This document shows, piece after piece, positions 52,163 through 64,000 of a stretch of DNA of 64,000 nucleotides; position 1 is the stretch's first letter; each line of letters begins with the position of its first letter. The DNA comes from Phoronis australis. Its lineage: Eukaryota; Animalia; Phoronida. The DNA lies in the NCBI GenBank assembly GCA_002633005.1, contig NMRA01000004.1, positions 1,183,793 to 1,247,792 on the forward strand, given 5' to 3'. The notes under the pieces were generated by a model that was not told where the DNA came from, searched no databases, and saw only the letters and a list, made by a program, of their open reading frames with translations. The position numbers were made by a program, and so were the translations under genes.

Positions 52163-52282
52163 GAACCTGTCAAAAGCGCAGATTAAAATTGCCAACTCTG
52201 AAGAGGGCACCACAGATCGTAAGGTTACAATCACAGGCACTCCGGAGACAATTCAATTTGCAGAATACCTCATTAATACCAA
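52163..52282 (+). CDS. PCBP: PCBP coding exon 10: (R)NLSKAQIKIANSEEGTTDRKVTITGTPETIQFAEYLINT (KH3 C-half)
   Basis: ctccatcAG acceptor, phase 2. AQIKIAN..EG.TDR.VTITG matches KH3. Ends AA|gtaagt (donor) or reads through to AAG TAA (stop 52284-52286). Confidence 0.94.
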
Positions 52283-52719
52283 GTAAGTATACACAGCTCC
52301 TCGAGAACACACCAACATTCTTCAGGGTCAATTCATCCATACATGTTGACAAAAATTAACTCCGGGACCTGTAGAATAAACGTCTAGATTTCACCTCACT
52401 GACGGGCCCACTCTGACTTACCGTACTTGAAGACTTTGTTTGTCCAGCCTGACTGCAAGTCCTTTGTTAGGCTTGTTTCCTAAGCCTCAGTCGCAGTGCC
52501 ACAGAACACAGTATGCAATGCCTGTACTGGCCAAAGTTCTGGTCTTGTTCTAGCTTGTCTGTACCACTATCACATGTGCTAAGACTTCATCTCTTACTAC
52601 GTGCAGAAATAATTTACAAAGTCGTCATTTTCCATTTTTTTTACTGCAAATAATGGAAATTTTTCAAAAAGTTGGTCCCTACACACCATGCTAGTGATTC
52701 TTGATCTTTATTATTGTAG

Positions 52720-52735
52720 ACTCTTGATAAAATAG
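52720..52735 (+). CDS. Candidate terminal PCBP coding segment (K)LLIK* followed by 3'UTR
   Basis: ctttattattgtAG acceptor is phase-2 compatible and gives KLLIK then TAG. AATAAA occurs near 52967 and 53386. No homology support. Confidence 0.3.
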
Positions 52736-54495
52736 AGCTTCGCTTGTCGGCCATGTTGTGTGCTAAATAAGCAACGAATTGCCGCCGTAACTCTATCAGT
52801 TGCGTTTCACATTTGTGATTTTATGAAGCACGACATTGTGCAACTCTGACAGTGATCTTCGCTTCGCAGTTGTAGACCTGTTTTTGTGGCATTGTGATTG
52901 GACGTTGCATGTCTTCTACTACCCATATTGAGAAGCACTGTGGCTGCTGCCTGTGATCCTTCTATAATAAAATGTGCCCATTCCATACCTTTTACCAAAA
53001 CCCCTGCTCCAGCCTTCTGTAGTCTCACATTTCCAACTAATAATACCAAATTTTAATCCTGCTCTACGATCATTGTGGTGACATGTCCCACACCCTTGGT
53101 GAAGTGTGTTTGTTTAGCTGAATGTACGAGAAAAACGAGGCCAATGTCCTGTTGGAATTTTTATCTATTGTAATACGTTATGAGTTTCCCGATTTCGCTG
53201 AATTCGGGATACAGCCATGTCGTTGTCAGTTTGACAGTGATGGCAAGGAGGAAAAGTTGGCAAACCAATGATTACATAGTCCAGCTCTCTCATTGTCTGT
53301 GTTCATCTGATAAGCTCACGTAATCCAGCAATTATTTTGTAAACTGCACGCTTGATGCTAACCAGTATTTTTCGCCACGAATTCAAATAAAATATAAAAA
53401 GTGATTTCTGACTAAAAGTTAGGAAGTTGAATTTTTACATCTGAAAACAACTAGGCTGGAATAGTAAAGTTTTATAACCGGCCAATTGACATTGTACACA
53501 GATCATACAACAGGGTAGTTAGGTATGTTCAATTGATAAATCCAGTGAAATCTTTTGTGCGCTACTGAGCACTTCACTTTATATGATGCCACGCTTTCAA
53601 GCTTTACTTCACCGTGCTCTGCTGCGGGCACCACGGTTTGATTTTCGCGGTGTGGTTTGGAAGGCTTGATTTGTTTTCTGTAGAGCAATGCATAATAAGG
53701 CTTTAAAATTCATCTTTGGGGGAAAATAGTGGACACAGATAAAAAGTCAAAGTGGATGTACACACATCGCTTTTTGACTGTGCAAAATAAATTTTAACGT
53801 GGTCCTTGAAAATAAACGCTACAAACTTGTTCATTAATTTTTATTACCTTCACTGTCTCAAAGTGCCCCCAGGCAGCAATATAAATTTCTTAGGTATGTG
53901 CTTACGAGTCTTACACTGCAAAAGCTAATTTTGTCAGATTTTGCCACTTTTTGGCTTCTTAATGTTGTCACCACTTAGTTACAACTGTATGTGTGCCAGT
54001 TTTTCATCCTCTGTACACCCACAAACATACTACACAATAGGGAGCGTCATCTGCTTTGTTTTGGACCGGTTATGTTCTCAAAGTACATTCTAATCTGCTG
54101 CTGAATGACAGCTTCATGTGGAAAATTGCTGGTTCCGCTGTTATATACGTGTCCACTTCCACAATTAAATAGTGGAATTTGCCAAGTCTGCTATAAATAT
54201 ACCACCTAGGTCAGTCATCTGTTGACAGTTTAGTGAACCAAACCTAAAGCACTCCTAGCTTCTTATGAATGCAAGGTCCATACTGGTGTCATACGTAGCT
54301 ATCACTGATGAGTTTTTGCAGCTGGGCAATTCCATTTGTGATGGATGTACAATCACAGAACATTTTGAACAACTGTGAAGAAAATGTTCATCCTAGGAAA
54401 ATAATACATCACTTGATAGGTCTCGCTGATAGCTTTCAAAGCATGTATCAACTTTTCCCCTATCTTATAATCTGACTGAGAAAATTGCCTTTTAA

Positions 54496-56688
54496 GGGGT
54501 GTCACGGACGTACGCAGAGAATTTGAATTTGTTTTTAAATTTTTTAACATGAATTTTCTGTGAGTTGCATTAAGTTACAATTTTTTGTTTTATATGATGA
54601 TATAGTAGAATGTTTGCAAAGTACAAAACATTAATTTTTTTGATGATATCTTTCAAGAAATGTTTGTCAGACATCTCGATATAAGTTGAGTTAGTTTGAC
54701 GGACGTACGTGATGCACGTACGGTCTGAATTTCTAGTATTAAATTGTTTGTTGTGACTAAGATATCAAATTAAAATGATTCAAGCTTTTGCAGTATTTAA
54801 GCTATATTTGTGTTTTGCTACTAATTCATTGTTTTTTAATTAAAATGTACCGATTGACATTTCATACGAAATCATCACAAGTATGCATATGCTAGGAATA
54901 TACTCTAGGATTTTAACTTTTCAATACATTTGAATAAAGATATGAAACAACCACCTAAAATCTTCACTTCCCTTTGAAGATGGTAAATCATTTTGGTGGA
55001 AATGAGAGTGATAATCATTTTGTACTTGACAACTACTAGTTACCGGGAAAACCTGTTTTTATGTGTTAAATAGAATACTAATTCAAAACCAATAAGTAAA
55101 TGTGACTGTCAAATTATAAAATCTGAAATAAGTTTTTAAAACATTACTAAACACTGTCATAAAAACACATTTTAATTATTTTTTTTTTAAATTAGAACTC
55201 GCCCTAAGCTTGCATAAAATTATTCTCTGGACCATGCCGTTGATGGTTCTGATGAATGCCATTTAAGTAATAATCATGGGTTTTTTAAAAAGTATTAGTA
55301 ACAGGACTTCAATATCTTTTTAAAGCAAAATGTGAAGCATGGTTTAGTAGACAACATCGACTTTTGGCATTCATATTCAAATCACCTGTGCTGTCTGTGA
55401 AAGCAAGACATTTTTTAATTATTTGCATTTAGGATTATGATTTAGGAATATGTACAACTAACTTATCAAATGTTGGTTTCTATTTAGTGATCAGCATGAT
55501 TAAGTTTTCATCCAGCTCTTTAACTCATGCCTTCTTTTCAAATTTAAGGAGAGGCTGCTTTAAATAATGTCACATCACAGTACGCACAAGTGCAATTATG
55601 ACTTTCTTGATCCACGATGGCATTTTTTTTTTCGAGTTTCAAAGAACATTCGGGCAGGTATTTATTCTTATCCCAATTGCATCTGTTCTTTTGGTGGTCT
55701 CCAACAATTTCCTCTATCGTTTCTAAACGCCAATTTAATCTGGAAGCTCAGCAGAAAAAAATTAGTCTGATTCTTAAAAAATTAAGGAATCAAAAATACC
55801 CAAGATGAGACAATGTAATCATACAAGCCACCCAATGACCCAATACACTGAAAAACACAAAAGGGTGTGGGGATGTGACAAAAATGCCCAATAAAGTAGG
55901 TGAAAGGTTCCTACCACTTAAAAATGCCCAGTATAGGCTTTTTCAACACCCAACACAGCAAGCAGGTCAGAGCAGAAATAACATGTTGATTCCAGCACAG
56001 TAGCAACTTGACATGTATTCCTTTAGGTCTGTTGTTATGTGCTATACTGTAGGGCACCTTAGGAATTCTTTTGTATGAAGATTTTTGCATCTTGAATTTC
56101 TCAAATCTAAGCCTTTCTTTACAAACACGGGGTAACAACAGATAAACAATAAGTTCATTAAATTAGTATTTTGTTTTGTTTACATTTAATAATGTGGTCC
56201 AACTGTCTGATTTTAATAAGTTGAATTCTACTAAGATAACTAGATGACATTGCAAACTATAACTTTTCTGCAAATACTTTTGAAATTGAAAAATCCAATG
56301 CATTTAGTTTAAATCTGTAGCAACTTATTCATATAATTTTAAAGCTGCCTTTGTAATATTGTGTTGTTTTAAATTTCATAAGGGTGTGATACATTTTAAC
56401 TTCTGCAAGTTTAGAAAGTAAAAATATGACCTAAGGTTACTTTTATTTGCTGAAAAATTGTTATTTCGTGGATGTGACAGACATACGTGACAGACGTACA
56501 AATTTGCTGTACGTCTGTCACGCAATTTCTGACTTAAGGAATTATCCGTGGGATCTAAAATTTTGGTCAATAGTATTGAGTAATAAGTTAAAAGATAATC
56601 TGAAATTATTTTAATTTTGATTGAAAACTTTTAACGTAACTAAACTTTTTAACACTTTTTGTGATGGACGTACGGCACCGTGATATCC
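54496..56688. mobile_element. Possible old non-autonomous DNA transposon with GACGTACG subterminal motifs
   Basis: ttaa|ggggtgtcacgg at the left versus ccgtgatatcc at the right. gac(g/a)gacgtac motifs cluster at 54505-54722 and 56476-56673 around a very AT-rich interior. Confidence 0.4.
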
Positions 56689-59504
56689 AGGAGTTGACCT
56701 TTGACCCCAAGAGGTCGATGATGTGCCAAAGTTGAAATGTTATTTTTTATAAAGTTTGGGGTTCATGTGGTTGCACAAATTTGATAGTATAGTGAAATAC
56801 CCATAATTAGCTTTTTACGACAATAATTAGCAACACACATGAAAATCAAGCTAATTTTTTAGGGTCAAGTGATCCCTAAAAATGGGTCCATTTAGGCAAA
56901 AAAAAATGAAAGTTGTAGGAAAGTCAAATATGGATTCTGAAACTCGAGAGAATGGGCTTTCAGATGAGACCAAAAATGTTAGTGAAGTCACAATTTTATT
57001 TTTTTGTCTCGAGGTTGACCTTTTCACTGAATTGTCCAGCTTCGTTATCTTTGTGCAGAAAAACAGACTTGTGGTGTTCTTGGCACCAATTAATTATGGA
57101 TGTCACAAGACAATGCCAGAAAATGAGAAATCGTACCGATTAGCAGTATATGTACCCACAATACAGGTAACTGCCTCTGTTATTCATAATGGCTAGATCA
57201 TGTGTGGCATTTAATGTGGGACTAGTGGACATTTGAAATAGAGAAACTAAAAAAGGAAATCGATATTCTCCACTTGGCCTACATCATGTAGTCCTATTGG
57301 TCTCATGTTCAGCTCTCAGTGCCAAGAGATGGTGCTGGAAGTGGCTCCTGAGTGGCATCAGTTTGAAATGTGCTGTTCTAATGTGAATTAGAATAAAGGC
57401 TGCTACTATCTATTTAATCGAGGATAACTTTTATTAAAAATACAAAAAACAACATAATAGGTGTATTATACGTAACATTTATATCTGGTTTCAGCATAAC
57501 ATCTGTATTCACTATATAGTAACTCGCTTTATGCTGCCGAATTTTCATTTTTTGCTATTTTGATTGCTTTTTAATTGATTGGAATTGAATTTAGACTAGG
57601 TTTTGGCAATTGCCTTTTCTGGAGACACCAATTAAATTTTTTATTGTTTAACAATTAAAGGACGCGCAGCTTTGGAGATTTTTTGTACCTCAAGTTAAAA
57701 GTCATTATGTGTTCCGTTTGTAAAAACATACAAAAGTTCATTTCAATTTGAACTTTAACCGTCTTATTTGCCAAACCCGGTCCCAATAATTTTGAAAAGG
57801 TTCAATTTTCCGACATTGAATCAGAAAATTATGTTAACTTAATTGTATGAAAGGTATTTTTAAATGTGACGAACTCAGAGAGGTACTGTAGCTAACAGCA
57901 ACAGGGTTTATATGAGGAACGGAGCCTCTCGGCTTTGGTGCCTTTTTTGTCTATCTTGCTGGAAATGGGTTCAACATTATATGGCCTTCCCAAAATACAA
58001 CATTTTCAGGGTCAGGAACACTATGCACATGGAATTCAAAATCTGTCTCTAGGTCGGCATCAAATGGCCCAGTCACACCAAGGTAGTTCTTAGGGAGAAC
58101 CGAGTGGACCAACAAATCAGTGCAAGAATCCCTTGTGCAGTGTCACATTCAACGCATGTTTTTGGCCAAAGTAACCATGTCCGCCTGTCCCCACTCTATT
58201 TCATTAGACTCAGACGTTCTGAGAATGAGTTTGGTGAGACAGGTTTTTTAACCTCTCTTGTTGGCTGTACCCCATTCTACCAAACCTCTGACAGAGTTCG
58301 ATTTTTTTGTATTCTTCAGTCACTGTCCTGTCCATTTTTACTTTAGGACAATTATATTTGCTTACAAGACAGTATGCGCCAAAAGTAACCAGCCGAACTA
58401 ACTCGATATCCTCTGTCCATGATTGAGCCGTTATGGAATTCCCTGTCATGACAGTCTGGTGCAAAGCCAAATTTAACCATCGGATTAGCTATCTGTCAGG
58501 GTCATGACATGGACCAATGGGGGAATTTACTGGAAAGTAAATTAAGTTGAATAAATATATTTGCCCTAATAAGCACCCAAGGCACTTAGAAAAAATCGTT
58601 TAAGGGGGGTGCTCATTTTAGCCTTAGGTGGTTGAAATCCAGTGTCCGAAATGGGTGAAATCGTATGCTAGGATTCATCAAATTTACTCATTGTGATGTA
58701 TCTGTAACTTTCTTCAAAATTGTAGTGCATTGCTACCAAACTTCGTTGTTAAATTACGAGCATTTTTCAGAAATTTATGGTGAAATCCCAGGGCGAAATT
58801 TCGCTGACTGATGCGTCGCTGATTCCTGATGAACAATAGAGCAACTTGAATTCTTGAATAAAAATACAGTTTCGAAATTCGTCCTTGCGTGTGTGAGTGA
58901 GCAAGCGCGTGCCTGTTATCTGAGTTCATTTGCCAGAGTAAAGTAACACAATGTAACGATCTGGGTTTTGAAAAATAGATATCAGCTTTCAAATTGGATT
59001 CATTATGCTGCTTTGAGACATGCGATTAAGTTGAAAGCTGATCCTTCGATTTCAAAATGCATACATCCCCAGTCAAGCCAAATTACTAATGTGTTTTCTA
59101 GAAATATTTTGCTTTCCAAAATTGTTTTGCCTCCTGATATAGAGTACAGCTTAACTGACATTTACTCTAGACAACGAATTAAACAAATTTATGTTCTTCC
59201 ACACAAACAAACTCTTGTTTCCTCCTTATGTTAAAACCTTTAAGTACTTCTATATTCATAGAAACGTGTTTACAAAACTTATTTTGAAAAAGATGAACTT
59301 AGTCAGTGATGACAAGTGTGCATCTTGTGAGACTTTTAACCATATGTTAGTGGAATGTGGTTCTGTGAAAACTTTGTGGTGTGAAATTCAGAAATTTTTG
59401 ATTTAAATACGTAACTGCACAACACGATTTAATGTTATATAGAAATGTTATTTTGACAGCATATTTTGGATGTAATTTTGAAGATATCAATACCATATTA
59501 ACTA

Positions 59505-62500
59505 CCGTAATCGTTCGGGTTAACGCCCTGGGCGGTTAAATTGGCGAATCCAAAAAATCGGGGGAGGGCAGTTAACCGAACAGTGGGCGGTTAAATCGAA
59601 AATCCACCTAAAGTAGGGGATGGGCGGTTAACCGAACATGGGCGCTTATTACGACAGACAACCGCCCTGGGCGGTTAATCTTACCTGGCGATCTAAATCC
59701 CGACACGACAATCATACTCAAAGAGCTTTATCATCACGTCGCCAAATGACTGTGAAAACATCATAAGGTAATTGTTTACAATATGACGACAAAGACTTAG
59801 ACATATGATTTTGGTGTCGTTCGATTCCTCGCAATGTTATCTTTCCAAATATACACAGAAATTTGTCCTACCCCGTTCCCTTAGTTTTGTATCGTGAAAT
59901 TTCTGCTCGCACTATTTCCTGGTACTCGGTAGTAATATCGCCATGTTGAATGGATAAGGAGTCACCTGGCGGTCAAAAACTGAACTAATCTACCTACTTG
60001 CAGATCGTCGCTTTTCATAAGCTCAAATTGACCGAGACCCGTCAATCCACTGCCCGAGTTACGTAACCAAGGGTTCGAATTCGATCCTATGGTGACCCTG
60101 ATATACGCATCTGCTAGCAAGAATCTGCCAAAAAAACGGAGGTTGTTTTTGAGGTCCAGATTTGTGAAAAAAGTATCACTTCAGACAATTTCATGGAAAA
60201 ATGGTCAAATGGTGATAATTCTAAAAAAATGGAAAAGGTAAATGCTTCTACTTGTGCATCCACCATATTATGTCAGGAAAACTTTAGCGGGAATCTCGCG
60301 CGGGCAACCACCATTCAGAATCAATGATGCTGTTTCATTCAATAACAATAGGTGTCGTTGTTATCTTGAGTTGAACTAACATGGCGGTGTCCACCAGGAA
60401 ATAGTGCTAACTGAAATTCGACGTTAAAATATGAAGGAAACGCGGTGGGGGATCAATTCATATATTTTTGGAAAGGTGGCGGCATGAGGAATCGAACGAT
60501 AACAAAATCATTTGTGTAAGTTATTGACGTCATATTGAAATCAATTACCCATCATAACAGCGGATGATCCCAACAAAGGTTCTCTTGCCCTCAGATTAGT
60601 CATTCACTATTAAATTTACAAAATTGCTGAGTAATAGCCCCATGCCGTCCTGCGGTGCGCAGACGACCAGTGACCTCGCAGCCTCCACTAGAATTAAAAC
60701 TGTTTCAAGATGTGACCCTGCTTAAGTGCGCGCTTGCAAGCTTCACGTGTTGCAGAGGTCAGACATCAAATTTATGGTTACAGTCTCGTACTATATGTAG
60801 CTGTCAAGTTCCGACTCAGAGAGCAGCTTTAAAATTGGTTGTAATAAAAGTTTGAAAAACTTAACTCTGTTGTTTTTTGTGTTTGGGATGTTATAGTCGA
60901 CACTCCGTGACTCAATGACATTTTCAGCGTATGGTTCTGCGGCTAGCTGTCTTATCTCGACAGCCCGGCATTGCTCTCCTGCCGTTGCGCCAAACATGCT
61001 ATGCAAAGAAGGATAGGGGGTGGTCGAGCCAGTCGTCGATCAAGAATAAAATTTCAAGCAACTGCATAAATATGTTGCAAAATGTCAGAAAACAGCAATG
61101 TTTCAATTCATTATTCTAAACGATCACCTTACCAAACTTCGTGGTGGAAAAACATTTATTTTTCATGCAAGATGTCCAGATTATCCTATTTATATCACTT
61201 GTAATATCGCACTGCGGCACTGTTCGGTCCCGCTGTTATCGCGCAATGTCTCAGTTGTGACAATCGTGATTTGGAAATGCCGTCAAGTCATATAACGGCC
61301 TCTTTCAATATGCATCTCGTTTTTTGTGGCCAAAGATAGTGACGGTATTCAGCACGCACGTAGAGCCTACGTGTGAGTCACCTGTCAATCACATGTTGGT
61401 GTCAAGGTAACATGCACTCCAAAGTGTGGGAACTTGCACACGTGCACCACTACAAATCAGTCACACATAGCGACAGTCCGAAGTAACAAAAATGGGCGCG
61501 ACTATGTGCTTTTAAGCTGTTGTTACGAAAAACCCAGTTCTTTACGATATTCCTCCGTTGCCAATGTTCTCCAAAGCTGCGATGTCAAGTCTATTGCCAT
61601 ATTTCCCGGCTCGATGCTCCCTAAGCCCATCCCTGTAACTAGCTGTGTGAATCTCCTACCCACTATCATCAAGCAGTCTACGTCGTAGATATTTCAGACT
61701 CGAATGGTAAGAATTTTTGTTCATGCTGAAAATGGCCAATGTATAAACAAAATTATGCAGTAAGCGAAAAACAAAATTTGACTAGCTGTTTTTTATTTCT
61801 TCAAGATAATACACAAACAACATACATTATTGCCAACGTTTGAATTCAGAAATCGACAGGCAGCAACGAAATCGGTAACCCAGTAAGGCACTTGTGCGGT
61901 CCCTTCGGTCGCCCCACATCCTCTATAACCTGGCAGTTATATTCATCAAAATATTGAGAATTTGACATCTTTCCGTGAGTTGTGAGATTTGTTCAAAATA
62001 CGAGAGCTTCCCACCTTAATAGAATTTGGAGGGTTGGCAAAACCATTGTCATTTCTTTGGCCTGATTTTTTCGAATATATGTTTTATCTAGTGCACTGCA
62101 GACGGAAACTCAGCGCGGCAGACAAAGTCGCTGAAAGCGGAGGTTTTGACGCTGGAGGCATTCTTAAACTTTGCAAACAAGGGAAGAAAATAAAGTTACA
62201 AAAAGGTTCAAGTATTATATTTTGAAGTGAGTTCATGACCCAAGACAATAACTCGTTACCTGTATTGTAAGTCAGATTGCTAAACCACCGTCTCGGAGTC
62301 CCGGCGTCGTTGCACTCATTGTGATTGTCGATCTTTTTCTAAAAGTCGGGGAATCGTGCGTTTCCTTAGCACTAGGCGATTCATTCTTTAAAAGTCGGGG
62401 ATGTGCGCTTAACCGAGAGGTGGGCGCTTAACTGGAAATCTTCAAAAATTGCAGGGGAGCGCTTAACCTAGCAGTGGGCAGTTAAATCGAAAATCCACTT

Positions 62501-62554
62501 AAAGTCGAGGATGGGCGGTTAACTGAGCATGGGCGTTAACCCGAACGATTACGG
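59505..62554. mobile_element. 3.05-kb non-autonomous DNA transposon, Tc1/mariner-pogo-like (TA TSD)
   Basis: Perfect 24-bp TIR CCGTAATCGTTCGGGTTAACGCCC with TA on both sides. Many subterminal GGGCG(G/C)TTAA motifs and an about 80-bp direct repeat near both ends. No transposase ORF seen. Confidence 0.9.
59767..60549. mobile_element. Old MITE with about 110-bp imperfect TIRs nested inside the 3.05-kb element
   Basis: ggtaattgtttacaatatgacgacaaagacttagacatatgattttggtgtcgttcgattcctc (from 59767) matches the reverse complement of about 60486-60549. Similarity continues inward (ctttccaaa..at..ga..ttg). Confidence 0.7.
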
Positions 62555-64000
62555 TATTTTCCAGTATTTCATCCATAAATGTTCTAGAAGCTAGATTATT
62601 CCTAGATATTCACAATTTCAATGTTTCTTGTATAATTATTGTAAAGTAAGGAATATACAACCCTGCAAAACTGCCTTTTGGGAAACCATCAATGCCTATT
62701 TATTTTAGACCAACGGTGAATTTCTGTAATTTAGGTGTGTGCGTGTGTGTGTGTGCCTGTGTTTCATTTGCAAAGATCTTATTGTTTGTAAATATTAGTG
62801 TATTTAGAAATAAAATGTATTTTAAAAAAAAAACGATCTAGGTGTTCATTGTTACTAAACAAATTAACAGAAGTAGTAAAGCAGAACGTGTTTTATTTAG
62901 CATTTGTCGATCTCATCTATTTAAAAATGTTCGAGAATTGTCTCGGTAAGGCTAATACTGAATGTCATTGAGTCGCCGGGTGACTGGATGCGTGACAGTC
63001 TAACAGGTATTTTCCTTGAGATTCGGGGTGTAAGGGTTCGGAAATGTTCACTATAGTGGGTCATTTTGACTTTAAAACACCAGTTATGATTAATTAAATA
63101 TTTCCTCTTAAAAATGAAGCAAAATCTTTTTACGTAGTAGAAACATTCGGAAATTGGTGCCGATATTTATTTATTGCCGATGCTTTGCAACCCGTTTCAT
63201 GAATAGATAGTTCTCAAAGACTAATGTCTTCGATGACAGGTACATGTACATAGCGCCTGCTTCCTGGCCACGTGCTTTTAACACCGAACAAGTTTTTATT
63301 AGTCTTCGATTCACGGTTATAACGTGTACAAATTAAGAAATTTGGATTCCTGTTGAGGGAGAAGATCTGTACGGGAAGGATTCAACACAATCCTGTTGAA
63401 AAGTACGCTGCATCTGTTCTGAAAGGCCAGACCATAGTGTCTTCGCAAGATCAGTAAAACTTTTGCATTCTTTTTGAAGCACGGCAAAAGTTTGAAGTGT
63501 ATGGTCACGACTAAATACTGACGTAGCGGCGAGGCTCGTGGTCTACAAATTCCGCGCACAGAGATTTTTTCAGGACTGTCAAATCTTATTGATAGATTGA
63601 AGATGTTATTGTAGACTTTTAGAACTGTGTAAGGCATTTTTCACATGTCCACATTCATGAGCTGGGTGCTTATTTTAGTGAAGTCTGAAAACGCTTGGGG
63701 TTCGCTTACAGGGACATAGGCACTTATTAGGGCGAATACGGTAAGCTATATTCCTCCACTTAGGATCTAATGGACTGTTTACTAACTTGGTGATACCTAG
63801 ATACAATAGTTTCCAACAAAGATGCACACTGCCCATGTAGTGGGATCTCGTGTTGCCATAGCGCTACTAAAATGAGAGCCCTGTTTCTGTCGGAATTGCA
63901 TGGGGCAGAATAAATGGATGCACTTTTAGTATGGCCATGCTTTGAGAATATGAAACCCCATTAAACTATTTACGGGGACACAAGCCATTCTTCTTACCTC

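Larger units (their letters stand above)
58970..62831 (+). mobile_element. Decayed 5'-truncated L1/Tx1-like LINE (ORF2 C-terminal zinc-knuckle relic), split by a DNA transposon
   Basis: ORF 59191 FKYFYIHRNVFTKLILKKMNLVSDDKCASCETFNHMLVECGSVKTLW fits the zf-RVT C-x2-C...H-x4-C pattern and continues as YFIHKC after 62556. GT-rich 3'UTR, AATAAA and an A-tail at 62824-62833. Imperfect TSD aacgatctgggtttt (58955-58969) / aacgatctaggtgtt (62832-62846). Confidence 0.8.
58555..63741. mobile_element. Outer non-autonomous DNA transposon (about 1.3 kb without inserts) hosting the LINE
   Basis: Left tatttgccctaataag (58558) is an inverted match to right cttattagggcgaatacgg|ta (63741), with gggtgct/agcaccc subterminal motifs. 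The same terminus occurs at about 450-490. Confidence 0.65.

Noticed and set aside
54305-54340. Other CTGATGA boxes (also near 15676, 23389, 55249, 58827) checked as hammerhead cores
   Set aside because: No stem II followed by GAAA and no stem I pairing.

Overview
AT-rich, intron-rich animal genomic DNA, probably an invertebrate; the taxon cannot be fixed from sequence alone. The window is dominated by one + strand gene for a poly(rC)-binding protein (PCBP/hnRNP E/mub family, three KH domains). Ten coding exons assembled by hand (26668-52282) have consistent GT-AG sites and phases and give about 337-341 aa, including 24-nt and 33-nt microexons. A CpG-richer candidate promoter lies at about 5450-7150 and a candidate 5'UTR exon at 13060-13122. 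The introns hold many non-autonomous DNA transposons and a 5'-truncated antisense Penelope-like retroelement (RT C-terminus plus GIY-YIG, 11-bp TSD) ending in an intact minimal hammerhead ribozyme. Downstream of the gene is a four-level nest of transposons containing an L1/Tx1-type relic. The best leads are an in-frame 153-nt cassette exon and two 9-nt microexon candidates after KH2, a 37-bp tandem repeat that copies a PCBP splice donor five times, an IRE-like hairpin in the candidate promoter region, and a MITE family with 6-bp TSDs. No prokaryotic features, CRISPR arrays or rRNA were seen, and most short ORFs in the supplied track look spurious.
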